A DNA stretch of 33,276 nt from positions 1 through 33,276 of the IMG/VR virus record IMGVR_UViG_3300038797_000031; one strand, 5' to 3'. Shown one piece after another: positions 7,818-16,621 of this stretch; position 1 is the first letter of the stretch; each line of letters starts with the position of its first letter. The translations under genes and the position numbers were made by a program. The notes below the pieces were generated by a model, which saw nothing but the letters and a program-made list of their open reading frames with translations, made no database searches and was not told the DNA's origin. This DNA comes from a virus. Taxonomy: Duplodnaviria > Caudoviricetes.

Positions 7818-8506
7818 GACTGCGGCTCCGACCAGGTCACCGCTTCAATTGCCGAGACGTCGCCGGCGCTCAAAGCCTGATCCAGCTGTTGCTTCAAACT
7901 GTCGGCGTGCTGCAGCAACAGCAACTTGTAGGAAGTGAAATCGTTGCCAACCTGGCGCAACTGATCGGCGCTGTGCGGCCTGAATTCCTTTTGACCCAGC
8001 TCGTCCCGGCAAGGATAGGGGCCATCGATCCCACGCAAAATCATGCCGGTCAGGTTCAACTGATCCACTTGTTGGCTGTCGTAAAAGTGCGCAGTACCGA
8101 GGGCAGGCGACCAAAAACCCCGAGTGATTGCGGCCTCACAGCCTCGGTTCACCTCACCCACTTTTTCCTGATGGACGATGACCGGATCTTTCACCCAAGC
8201 GTCGTTCTGCCAACGATGGGCTACCGATGGTCTTGGAAGTGTGGTCAACCCTTCGGGCAGTTCACCCAGCTGGTCATAGAGCTCGGCAGCACCCGAAACG
8301 GTACGGTAGACCGTCCCGCGCTTATCGAGAACTTGTTGCCGCTTGCCTGCAACCTGCACCCATACACAGCCAGGCGCAGGCTCGGCCAATGCCTTGGCCA
8401 ACACAATGGCGTTACCCGGAAGTTGCTTACCCAGGCCCGGAATTTCTGGAAGATCGACCGGGCCGCTCAGAGCGCCGGCACCGTCGAAAAGATAGATGGC
8501 AGTCAT
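7814..8506 (-). CDS. Tail fibre assembly chaperone (DUF4376-like C-terminus)
   Basis: Directly after the fibre gene; YDSQQVDQLNL and HSADQLRQV motifs; C-terminal IEAVTW. Confidence 0.8.
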   Translation of the reverse strand: MTAIYLFDGAGALSGPVDLPEIPGLGKQLPGNAIVLAKALAEPAPGCVWVQVAGKRQQVLDKRGTVYRTVSGAAELYDQLGELPEGLTTLPRPSVAHRWQNDAWVKDPVIVHQEKVGEVNRGCEAAITRGFWSPALGTAHFYDSQQVDQLNLTGMILRGIDGPYPCRDELGQKEFRPHSADQLRQVGNDFTSYKLLLLQHADSLKQQLDQALSAGDVSAIEAVTWSEPQS

Positions 8507-8513
8507 AATGTTC

Positions 8514-10211
8514 TCAGATCAGTTTCAGTCGGCCAGGGTAGGCAATGTTTCGCGGACGGCTCTCGATGCCGCCAATGCTCTGGGTGGGAGCTGCACCTGC
8601 GTAGTCGTATTCCTTGTAGGCGCCATTGCCGGACCCGTTACCGGCAGGAACCTCAAAGGGGCCACCGTTGGGGCTTGCGGCAACCCCCGTAGGCGCCAAG
8701 TGACTGTGTTGTTTGACCATATCCGCCTGAGAGCTACCGGCCACCCGCGCCGCATCGATGCCACGGGCTTCATCCAACATCCGCAGAAACTCGCCACGAC
8801 CTTCGGGACCTCGGAAGGTCAGCACTCCGTCGCCACTTGTCCATCCACCTTCCCTTCCGGTCCGTGCGGCTTCAGTTGTGAGCATTCCCGATTGCTGGGC
8901 GTGGTCCCACAGCCAGGGCCAATCGGCTCTGTTGAACAACGCACTGTTCAGCAAGCCGTAACCACCAGGGTGATAGGCGATCGCGGTTTCGAAAACCACA
9001 CGACCGACAGACGTTGAATCAAGCCGACCAATCGGCAACCAGCCGCCGGCGCCATCGCTTCGCAGGTGCCACCAGTCCCCGGCACCCATCAGAACCAGGA
9101 AGCCATAGCCGGCGGCGTTGAGATGAGTGTGAAACTTGATTTTGTCCGTGCCGCTGGCTGCGATAACCAACCGGTTACCGGTGTTGTCGACGCGGCGAAC
9201 CACGATATCCACGACGCCAAGTGCGCCGTTGGAAGGCGGCAAGGTGATGGTCCGAGCGCCGCCGGACGCGTCGATTTGCACCACGCCACGGTGAAGGCTG
9301 GTCAAGGTGGTGTCGACCGACAGACTGGTGATCACGTTGCGAATGGCGAAGTGTTTCACCAGCGGCCCGCCGATCGGCTCGACAGATCGGCGATCGGTAA
9401 TCGTGTTGCTGTTGGGCAGATCGGCGATGGCAACGCAGTAGTGCTTCGCGCCGGCGCTGTCCGTGTAGTCGGGCAAATTGGCGGCGAATACGACCTTCCA
9501 GCTGGCCACCACATCACTCAGCTCACGCTGCAGTGACACATCCAACCATGCCGTTGTTGGGAAACCGGACGGCACTACGGGCAGCGCGGCCGAACGCACC
9601 AAGCGAATGCCCTCCACGTACGCAGTACCAGGCTTGAGCTGATACACATTGCCCGCTTTCTCCAACAGCAAAGAGGATTCGAAAAAACAGGCTCGCCCGT
9701 AGATGTCACGATTGCTCAGGCGCTCACGCTCATCGATGCCGGCAAATCGCACAGTGAAGTCGTGTTGCCAGGTGCTGGCATCCACGGTGATGCCGGTCAG
9801 CGCTTGAGCACCGTCGAAGGCCACCAGGAAGTTGCGCGTCAGATTGTTCCCGATCTGCAGCGGCGGAATGTTGCGGCGCTTGATCTGCAGCGGCACGTAG
9901 GCCACGGCAAACAATACGCCCTCGACCGTCTCCAGCCCGATCCAGTTGAAGTCCCAGTCACCTACGTCCGAGCCGATCTGCGAGCTGTACACGACCTGGT
10001 TGGGGTTCACGTAGCCGGCGTTTTGTTCGGGGATCTCATGAACATGAACGATTTGCCCCGCCACAGGCTTGGGCGCGGCGCGATCCACTGGCCCATTCGG
10101 GTCAAGATTCGGCACGTTGGCATAAATAAATCGCGCCACGTCCAACCCCTGTTGGGCGGCGTGTTTCTGCGCAATCAGGCTTTCGCCGGCGAGAGTAATG
10201 CTGGCTCCCAT
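8514..10211 (-). CDS. Tail fibre protein
   Basis: Start MGASITLAGE; N-terminal VGDWDFNWIGL (tail-collar fibre/DUF3751 type); tail-collar motif GEFLRMLDEARGID; C-terminal ESRPRNIAY. Confidence 0.9.
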   Translation of the reverse strand: MGASITLAGESLIAQKHAAQQGLDVARFIYANVPNLDPNGPVDRAAPKPVAGQIVHVHEIPEQNAGYVNPNQVVYSSQIGSDVGDWDFNWIGLETVEGVLFAVAYVPLQIKRRNIPPLQIGNNLTRNFLVAFDGAQALTGITVDASTWQHDFTVRFAGIDERERLSNRDIYGRACFFESSLLLEKAGNVYQLKPGTAYVEGIRLVRSAALPVVPSGFPTTAWLDVSLQRELSDVVASWKVVFAANLPDYTDSAGAKHYCVAIADLPNSNTITDRRSVEPIGGPLVKHFAIRNVITSLSVDTTLTSLHRGVVQIDASGGARTITLPPSNGALGVVDIVVRRVDNTGNRLVIAASGTDKIKFHTHLNAAGYGFLVLMGAGDWWHLRSDGAGGWLPIGRLDSTSVGRVVFETAIAYHPGGYGLLNSALFNRADWPWLWDHAQQSGMLTTEAARTGREGGWTSGDGVLTFRGPEGRGEFLRMLDEARGIDAARVAGSSQADMVKQHSHLAPTGVAASPNGGPFEVPAGNGSGNGAYKEYDYAGAAPTQSIGGIESRPRNIAYPGRLKLI

Positions 10212-10221
10212 CGGGGGGCTC

Positions 10222-10746
10222 CTACAGGCTGGCAACCAGCGTTTGCTGGTCGTTATTGAAGTCGGCCACGACAACCCGAAGGTTGACCGGGGTTAAGGTC
10301 ACGAAGTCGTAACGGCGGCAGGTACGGCCGTACTGTTGAATTAATACGCGCAGCAGCTCGGGGTTCTTCGCCAGTTGGGAGTCGGTGAAGCGCAGCAAAA
10401 CTACGTCCCAGTCCCGATCGGGCATGCGCTCCTCGATCTCGACGTAACCCACGCCCAGCCGCTGCAGGATGCGTTTCATCCCGGCGGTGCTACCGGCGTC
10501 GACCGCGTTGATGAAGGCGTACTTCACGCGCAGGCGGTACAAGCTTTCCGGCTCGTCCTTGAAGCGGGTGATATCGCGCTGCCAGGCCAGCAGATCGAGC
10601 ATGACCAAGTGACAGGTTTCGGCGTCCATCTGCAGCAGCGGCCAGCGCAACCATTCCTCGACCGATTCCCACCACGATTGCGCGGCCTGCTTGAGCTTGG
10701 TCAGCTCGGTACCGGCCAGCCAAAATTTCAGCTCGAGCTTAATCAC
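10222..10746 (-). CDS. Baseplate wedge tail protein (P2 gpI-like)
   Basis: LDLLAWQRDI motif; position between J and the fibre gene. Confidence 0.82.
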   Translation of the reverse strand: MIKLELKFWLAGTELTKLKQAAQSWWESVEEWLRWPLLQMDAETCHLVMLDLLAWQRDITRFKDEPESLYRLRVKYAFINAVDAGSTAGMKRILQRLGVGYVEIEERMPDRDWDVVLLRFTDSQLAKNPELLRVLIQQYGRTCRRYDFVTLTPVNLRVVVADFNNDQQTLVASL

Positions 10747-11914
10747 CGAACACCACCTGCAGGCTCTGGATCCGTGGAATGTTCAGCTGAGACACGATGT
10801 CGACGTTTTCGAAGTCCAGCGACTCGATGTCCGGAAACTGCAAGTGCAGTTCTTCACCCAGGCGGCTAAATGAAAACCGTGACTGGGGAAAAGTCAGCGT
10901 CGGTTGGTAGTCGCTGGTGGTGCTCTCACGAAAAGCGGCACGGATGAACAGTTCGATCTCATCCAGTAAGCCTTGACGTTTGTCGGTGGCCACCGAAGCC
11001 CGGGGCCAGATCGTCACACTTAGATCGTGCAGGGTTTCAGGCATGGCCATGACCAGCATGTCGTCGCCGTGGCCGTGATTGCCTTGGTCGCGGATATGCG
11101 AGTTGATCAACTCCAGATAAGCCGCCGCCGGCACATCGGCATCGAACAGAACGAAGCCATTTGCACTGCCTGGACCACGCGGGGCGCCATGCTCAAAATA
11201 AACACCGTCAGGACGCACGCCGGGGAAGGCCGAGATCATCGCCCGATAAACCGCATCCGTGTGCCACTGGTTGACCGCCGAGAATTGGTTGCGTACGCGC
11301 AGACGCAGCTCGTCGTAGGGCTCTGGATCTGCTCCTGGTACGGCCAGCCAGCCATCCTTGTTGATCACCTGGGCAATGCCCGGTACCGGAACTGGCAAGA
11401 TCGCGTAGTAACCCGGCGCCAGGTTGAATCCGGATCCGCTCTCGATGGCTTCGACCGGGATCTCCAGTTGCATCAGCCCGTCGCTGAAAACGCCGGCGGC
11501 AGTGGTGATCAACTGATACACATGACCATTGATCGATGCCGACTGGACGATAGTTCCGGCCGGCACCACCAGGGCGCCGCCGGCTGCCGTGCGCGTGAAC
11601 AGCAAAAAGCCCGAGGCTTTGCTGGCTCCTTTGCGCTCAACGTTGACCGCCCAAGCCAACATTTCCAGCCAGGAGCCGGTCGCCGTCTTGACGAAAAAAT
11701 TAGGCAACACTGTCTCGACCAGGAAAGTCAGAATCCACATGACCGGCTTGGTGACAAGTGCGGTGATCACCCGCCAGAACGGCGAATAGGAGCTGGTGTT
11801 GCTCAGCTTGCTGCCTTGGGCCAGCACCTCTTTTTCCCACGCTTGGCGCAGTGCCGCCTCGGTGGTCGGAATGCCGGCGTCGGAGAGTGCCTGCTTGAAG
11901 TCCACGTCGCTCAA
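10739..11914 (-). CDS. Baseplate J-like protein
   Basis: TATGSWLEMLA, GADPEPYDELRLR and PRGPGSA motifs. Confidence 0.9.
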   Translation of the reverse strand: MSDVDFKQALSDAGIPTTEAALRQAWEKEVLAQGSKLSNTSSYSPFWRVITALVTKPVMWILTFLVETVLPNFFVKTATGSWLEMLAWAVNVERKGASKASGFLLFTRTAAGGALVVPAGTIVQSASINGHVYQLITTAAGVFSDGLMQLEIPVEAIESGSGFNLAPGYYAILPVPVPGIAQVINKDGWLAVPGADPEPYDELRLRVRNQFSAVNQWHTDAVYRAMISAFPGVRPDGVYFEHGAPRGPGSANGFVLFDADVPAAAYLELINSHIRDQGNHGHGDDMLVMAMPETLHDLSVTIWPRASVATDKRQGLLDEIELFIRAAFRESTTSDYQPTLTFPQSRFSFSRLGEELHLQFPDIESLDFENVDIVSQLNIPRIQSLQVVFGD

Positions 11915-12228
11915 AGGTTCACCTCGATGCTTCCGAATTTCAGGGTGGTGGCCGTGACCAGGTACTGACCTGGCTGCAGTTGGGAGATCTGCGCGGTACC
12001 TGGTACCAGTCGCTCGTCGTTCTCGACCAACAGTTCCATCTGCTGAATGCAGTCGCGCTGACGCAGCCGATCGCGCTCGGCCACCAGCGTGACCAGCAGC
12101 CCGCTGTCGCGGATCATGTGTGCGATGTCTTGAGCGATGCAGGCACGGTCGTCGACCAGGTTGGGCTGCTGCGACAGATCCAGTGCCAGGTCGTTGTCGA
12201 TGATCAACAGGTCGATGTATTCGCTCAT
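11911..12228 (-). CDS. Baseplate protein (DUF2590, gpW/gp25-like)
   Basis: IAQDIAHMIRDSGL and RLVPGT motifs; position after the tape measure gene. Confidence 0.8.
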   Translation of the reverse strand: MSEYIDLLIIDNDLALDLSQQPNLVDDRACIAQDIAHMIRDSGLLVTLVAERDRLRQRDCIQQMELLVENDERLVPGTAQISQLQPGQYLVTATTLKFGSIEVNL

Positions 12229-14225
12229 CCCCCCACCGCCATCGAGACCATGTTTTCGAGCTCCAGCGGCGTCATCGGCTTGCTGGTGTGAATGTTCACG
12301 TTTTCCACGGTGTTGCCCTTGTTCTGGCTGTTGCTGTTGTTCTGAATGCTGGTCAGCAGCCCGCCCGGCGGCACGGCGTTCGGACGCATGGGCGACAGTC
12401 CACCGGCGCCGCCGGCGTTCATGCGCTGGCGTGCTTGTTCGGCCTGTTCGGCCAGTGAAGGTGTGGTGACCAGGGGCGGAGCCATACCTGGCAGATCCGG
12501 CGCCTTGGGCAGATCGCCAAAGCTGGCATCGATCTCAACGCCGGGGATCTTGTTGATCATCTCGATCAGTCCGTTGATGGCACTACGGAAAATCGACACG
12601 ATGCCGTCCCAGGCAGCGGACGCCATGCCGGACCATCCGCCGATCGAGCCGAACCAGTCAGACAGCGCCTGCAATTGGGCGGAGATCCACTGAAACGCGG
12701 CGGTGTTCATCAGCGCGGCGGTCCATTCATCCCAGTAGACGATCGCAGCGATGATCACCGCGCCCAGGGCCATGATGCCCAGGACAATCAGCATCACCGG
12801 GTTGGCCGACATGGCGGCGTTGACCAGCCAGATCGCGCCCTGCCACAGCATCATTCCAACCCTAACGACGCCCATCCAGGTGTAGAGGGCGACCAGGCCA
12901 ATCACGAAAGCTGAAACCATCACAGTGTGAAACAGGAACATGGCGATCGACTTGTAACCCTGCCAGTTCAGCAGCTTCCAGACCGTGAGCGCGCCCAGCC
13001 AGGCCATCTTGCTGATGCCGACCACCAGCGTGACCGCCGACATCGCAGCGACCAGCCCGAGGATCACCAGCACGGTGATACCGATCACCCGAGTGATGTT
13101 GGGGAAGATCTGCGTCCAACGCGTCAGCGTGCCGGCGATACCCACCAGTTTGTCCATCAGCGGCGTCAGCATCGGAATCAGCGCCTGTCCGAAAGACGTG
13201 CGCAGCGCCTCCACTGCAGCACCAAACTGTTGCCACGGATCGACCATGGCCTTGGCCATCTTTTCGGCGTTTTCCAGGCCTCGGACTTTGCCCAACTGAT
13301 CCAAACCGTTCTTGAATCGATCGGTGTCCTTGGCCAGAGCGTTGATTACACGGGCGCCCTCGCCGCCGAATGCTTCCGTCAGTTTGGTGCCGGCAGCCGC
13401 GCTGGTCAGATCGCCGAACTTGCCCTCGAGCTTGGCCAAGATGTCCGCCATGGGCATCAGCTGATCGTTCTGATCCGTGAATTTCATCTTGAGCTTTTCA
13501 GACGCGGCGCCGATGTTTTCGAAGAACGACTTGTACAAGCCGCCGGCGTCGCCGCCCTCCATGGTGCTGCTCAGCGTGCCGATAACCGCGAACTGCTCGG
13601 CGATGTCGACGCCGGCGGTGTTGGCGATCTGCCCGACTTCCTTGAACGCATCCTTAAGCTGTGCGCCGTCCGTTCGGAACAGTTGCGCGGCCAATGCCGT
13701 CTGGCCGCCCAGCTTTTCGACCCACTGGCTTTTGCCCATGGTGTCGGCTGATGTCTTGAACAAGTTGTACATGGTGCCGACGTAAGCGCCCATGGTCTCG
13801 GCGTCGGACTTGGTGGCCTTGGCCAGCAGGTTGCTGGTGTTGGTAAACGTGGCCAACTGGTCGCCGGCCAGGCCCTTGATCGCACCTGAAATGCTGTAGG
13901 CCGAGGCCGCGAAGTCACGAGCGTTGGCCCCGTAGTTCACGGAGAACTCCAGGGCTTTCTGATTCAGCGACGTCAGCGCGTCCTCGGCGACACCGAGCGA
14001 GCGAACTTCACCCAGGGCGCGATTCATTTCCAGCGCTGGCTGAAGCGACTCACTGATGCCCTTGGCGGCGCCGACCATCCCGCCCAAACCGAGCGCCATT
14101 TGCTTGATGTTGGCTTCGCCCTTCTCGGCCAGGTCGGAAAAGCTGGTTTTGACCTTGCCCAAGGGCGCGCTGACCTTGTCGGTCAGGCTCAGGATGAAGG
14201 CCAAGCGGGCACTGCGGTCAGCCAT
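12225..14225 (-). CDS. Tail tape measure protein
   Basis: 666-aa Ala/Gly-rich helical protein with hydrophobic stretches (ANPVMLIV), after the tail chaperone. Confidence 0.93.
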   Translation of the reverse strand: MADRSARLAFILSLTDKVSAPLGKVKTSFSDLAEKGEANIKQMALGLGGMVGAAKGISESLQPALEMNRALGEVRSLGVAEDALTSLNQKALEFSVNYGANARDFAASAYSISGAIKGLAGDQLATFTNTSNLLAKATKSDAETMGAYVGTMYNLFKTSADTMGKSQWVEKLGGQTALAAQLFRTDGAQLKDAFKEVGQIANTAGVDIAEQFAVIGTLSSTMEGGDAGGLYKSFFENIGAASEKLKMKFTDQNDQLMPMADILAKLEGKFGDLTSAAAGTKLTEAFGGEGARVINALAKDTDRFKNGLDQLGKVRGLENAEKMAKAMVDPWQQFGAAVEALRTSFGQALIPMLTPLMDKLVGIAGTLTRWTQIFPNITRVIGITVLVILGLVAAMSAVTLVVGISKMAWLGALTVWKLLNWQGYKSIAMFLFHTVMVSAFVIGLVALYTWMGVVRVGMMLWQGAIWLVNAAMSANPVMLIVLGIMALGAVIIAAIVYWDEWTAALMNTAAFQWISAQLQALSDWFGSIGGWSGMASAAWDGIVSIFRSAINGLIEMINKIPGVEIDASFGDLPKAPDLPGMAPPLVTTPSLAEQAEQARQRMNAGGAGGLSPMRPNAVPPGGLLTSIQNNSNSQNKGNTVENVNIHTSKPMTPLELENMVSMAVGG

Positions 14226-14231
14226 GGGGTT

Positions 14232-14426
14232 TTATCCGTTCAGCGCGAAGGCGATGCCGTTAGCCACGGCAATCTCCATCCGTCTCCAGTGTTCGTCCTC
14301 CAGCCACTTGGCCACCCCCATGTTCTCGATGGTCGGTTCGGCACCAGGCAGCCAGCGATTGGTCAGGGCCAGAAACTGGCCCAGCCCGTCCTCTTTTAAG
14401 CCGTCAGCGTGCTCGAGGACTTTTTT
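14232..14426 (-). CDS. -1 frameshift extension of the tail assembly chaperone (G-T / E-E' type)
   Basis: Slippery A AAA AAG at 14426-14420; the -1 frame stays open (VLEHADGLKEDGLGQFLALTNRWLP...IAFALNG) to TAA at 14232. Confidence 0.8.
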   Translation of the reverse strand, partial: KKVLEHADGLKEDGLGQFLALTNRWLPGAEPTIENMGVAKWLEDEHWRRMEIAVANGIAFALNG

Positions 14427-14686
14427 ACGACGATGCCCAGATCCGGCGAGTACTCCTCAAGCAGCGCGCCGGCCAGTTCCATCACCGTCACCGGGTTGGC
14501 CAGGAATGGTTTCAGATCGGCTTTCTGGTCGGGCTTGATGGTGCCCATCAACAGGTTGGTCGCCGGCGAAACCTTGTTCGCCTGAGTGGTGGCGTTGAAG
14601 TACTTGGTCACGTCCTGGGGGGTCAGGGTGAACACGAAGTCGGTGCCGCTGATTTCCAGGGTGATGTCGCGATTTACGTTGGTCAT
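14396..14686 (-). CDS. Tail assembly chaperone
   Basis: 96-aa ORF upstream of the tape measure gene, with a slippery site near its 3' end. Confidence 0.85.
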   Translation of the reverse strand: MTNVNRDITLEISGTDFVFTLTPQDVTKYFNATTQANKVSPATNLLMGTIKPDQKADLKPFLANPVTVMELAGALLEEYSPDLGIVVKKSSSTLTA

Positions 14687-14720
14687 GGGTCTATCCGTTG
14701 AGGTTTGTTGAAGGAAATGG

Positions 14721-15227
14721 TCAAGGTTTCGCCGGCGTGCGTTGCACCACCGTGCGGATGTAGTCCTGCAGGCCGAGCACCATTCGCCGGGTTAAGGCGA
14801 GTTGGTCTCGGAGGGTGAAATAATCCGATCGAGCGTCTCTTGCGAGTTCGGCGGATCCAGCATCAGCCAAGCCGCTGGCGCCGGAATGGGCGGCGACTGG
14901 GGCGGCTGGACAGGTGGCTTTGACGAGCAACCGGCGAGCGCCAAGAGCAACACCCCGCTGCAAAGCCTTGTTGAGGTCGAGCGCATTTTTCAGCTCCTGG
15001 GTGTGTTTCAAATCGTTGGCATCGCGAGCAGCGAGCATTTCGCCGCTGATGCGCGCCGCTTCGAGCAGGCCGTCGCGTTCGGTGCTGACCGTGCCCAGCT
15101 CGCGCACGGCGTCATCGCGTTCGATACGGGCGTCGTCACGCTGATCGGCCACGTAATCGAGCAGGACGTAGGTCAACAGGCTGGCAAGCAGCAGCACGCC
15201 AGCCAGGCGCATCGGTGCGATCGTCAT
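14721..15227 (-). CDS. i-spanin (Rz-like)
   Basis: N-terminal TM, coiled coil, RLLVKATC, ARSDYFTLR, LQDYIR motifs; ATGA overlap with the endolysin. Confidence 0.88.
   Translation of the reverse strand: MTIAPMRLAGVLLLASLLTYVLLDYVADQRDDARIERDDAVRELGTVSTERDGLLEAARISGEMLAARDANDLKHTQELKNALDLNKALQRGVALGARRLLVKATCPAAPVAAHSGASGLADAGSAELARDARSDYFTLRDQLALTRRMVLGLQDYIRTVVQRTPAKP
14792..14986 (-). CDS. o-spanin lipoprotein (Rz1-like), embedded in the i-spanin gene
   Basis: Signal peptide with lipobox LAG-C, then a Pro-rich mature part; nested in another frame of the Rz-like gene. Confidence 0.85.
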   Translation of the reverse strand: MRSTSTRLCSGVLLLALAGCSSKPPVQPPQSPPIPAPAAWLMLDPPNSQETLDRIISPSETNSP

Positions 15228-15751
15228 TTGATGCAAAGCCCCGCTTCGTCGAAGCGCCTGGCGTGCAGCCCGGGAACGAATCGTTTCTTGCCCTGGGCGT
15301 CAGTGACGTACGACCAGACCGGCGTGCGGCCATCCGGCGCCCAGGCCAACGCCTTGCAGCCAGCAGCGATATCGCCCGCGTTGATCAGCCCGACAGCGCG
15401 GCTCGCGCACGTGGCCGGCACGCCGACGTTGTGGCTGTGGCTGCTCAAGGCGTCGAATGTGTTCTGCCCGATCGCCTGATTGGTCAAGCAGTCCGCCAAG
15501 GCCAGTTGGCCCTTCTTGATCACCAGCTGTTCCACCTCCGCGCACCGCGCAGGCGACCAGAAGTCACCGACGATCACCGGATAAGGGCTGGTGTGTTTGG
15601 TGATGCCCAGGCAGACGGTGGGCAAACCACGGGCGAGTGCGTCTGCGTAAACGGTGTTCTGGCCCGTGCCCTCCCACTTGCCGAGCAATGCAACCAGCGG
15701 CGCGCTGACCAGCACCAGGGCGCCGGCAGCGATCTTGTTGCGCAGGCTCAC
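15224..15751 (-). CDS. SAR-type endolysin (GH24 lysozyme)
   Basis: GTG start overlapping the holin stop; Ala/Gly-rich N-terminal hydrophobic segment, then WEG...YAD...PTVC.G.T and GLHARR. Confidence 0.88.
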   Translation of the reverse strand: MSLRNKIAAGALVLVSAPLVALLGKWEGTGQNTVYADALARGLPTVCLGITKHTSPYPVIVGDFWSPARCAEVEQLVIKKGQLALADCLTNQAIGQNTFDALSSHSHNVGVPATCASRAVGLINAGDIAAGCKALAWAPDGRTPVWSYVTDAQGKKRFVPGLHARRFDEAGLCIK

Positions 15752-15954
15752 GACTTGCCCTTCCAGTCGATCAGCATCTGGCGATACTTGGGAACCAGCA
15801 GAAAGATCTGCAGCACCATGTAGAGCGCGGTCAGCATGTAGGCGACCGCCGACCAATCGACGGCGCCCGTTGCACCTGTAGCGGCTACGCCGATCGCTGG
15901 CGATGCCTTCGCCAAGGCAATGGCAGTGTCTTGGGCGACCTGATTCGCGCTCAT
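15748..15954 (-). CDS. Holin (possible pinholin)
   Basis: 68-aa hydrophobic protein with a basic C-terminus, directly upstream of the endolysin. Confidence 0.75.
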   Translation of the reverse strand: MSANQVAQDTAIALAKASPAIGVAATGATGAVDWSAVAYMLTALYMVLQIFLLVPKYRQMLIDWKGKS

Positions 15955-16163
15955 CGCTGAACCTCTTTTTCAACAGTTGTTTGGCAAGGCACGCAGCGAG
16001 TGATGCCGCCCAGCGCCTGGCGCTTTTCCGGGATTGGGTTATCGCAGTCCACGCAGTGGGTCCGGCTCGGCCCGGACGGACGCTTGCAGGCGAGCTGGGC
16101 CTCAATGGCCTTGTCCCGCTGCAGCTGCTCAAGCGCCTGAGCGCGATCGAACCAGTCCACCAT
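15951..16163 (-). CDS. TraR/DksA-family C4 zinc-finger protein
   Basis: DWFDRA (DxxDxA), CVDC...IPEKRQ...CVPCQ. Confidence 0.9.
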   Translation of the reverse strand: MVDWFDRAQALEQLQRDKAIEAQLACKRPSGPSRTHCVDCDNPIPEKRQALGGITRCVPCQTTVEKEVQR

Positions 16164-16615
16164 CAGCTCAGCCCTTCGATTTCAGTTGAATCGAGGTACG
16201 GCACGCCGTTGATCTTCACGAAGTCCGGACTGGTGACGTCATACGGGATCTTGTGAGTGTTCTTGGCGGCGCCCTTTGGATCGATGCTGAGCAGGCTGGA
16301 GATGCGCAACTTGCAACCAAAGGCTTCGATGCGCAGTTCCTCTTCGCCGGCTTTGGCGAAGAACACCGAGTCGAACAGCGGCAGCTTGCGGAAACTGCCG
16401 GCAGTCTTCGCCGCCTCGATCAACAGGTTGAAGTTAGTGGTGTCCAGCTCCATTTCGCCTGCGGCCGCCACGTCGCCGTCGACGTGGCCGTTAGGTACGC
16501 CGCGTGTCTGCGCAACGGCCGTGTTGTCGGTGATGTCCAGGGTGCAGGCTTCGACGTGAATGGTCAGATCGCCCACGGTGATGTCGAAGTTCTTGCCGCC
16601 AATTTTTGCAGTCAT
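16163..16615 (-). CDS. Tail tube protein (DUF2597)
   Basis: HP1-type tube motifs (GVPNGHVDGDV, VTSPDFVKINGVPYL); follows the sheath gene. Confidence 0.88.
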   Translation of the reverse strand: MTAKIGGKNFDITVGDLTIHVEACTLDITDNTAVAQTRGVPNGHVDGDVAAAGEMELDTTNFNLLIEAAKTAGSFRKLPLFDSVFFAKAGEEELRIEAFGCKLRISSLLSIDPKGAAKNTHKIPYDVTSPDFVKINGVPYLDSTEIEGLS

Positions 16616-16621
16616 GCAGGG

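Noticed and set aside
8514-10211. Tail-fibre switching by invertase or diversity-generating retroelement
   Set aside because: No invertase, reverse transcriptase, second fibre cassette or template repeat seen
15752-16132. N-terminal extension of the endolysin ORF (302 aa as listed)
   Set aside because: It overlaps the holin and TraR genes; GTG 15751 gives a normal coupled SAR endolysin
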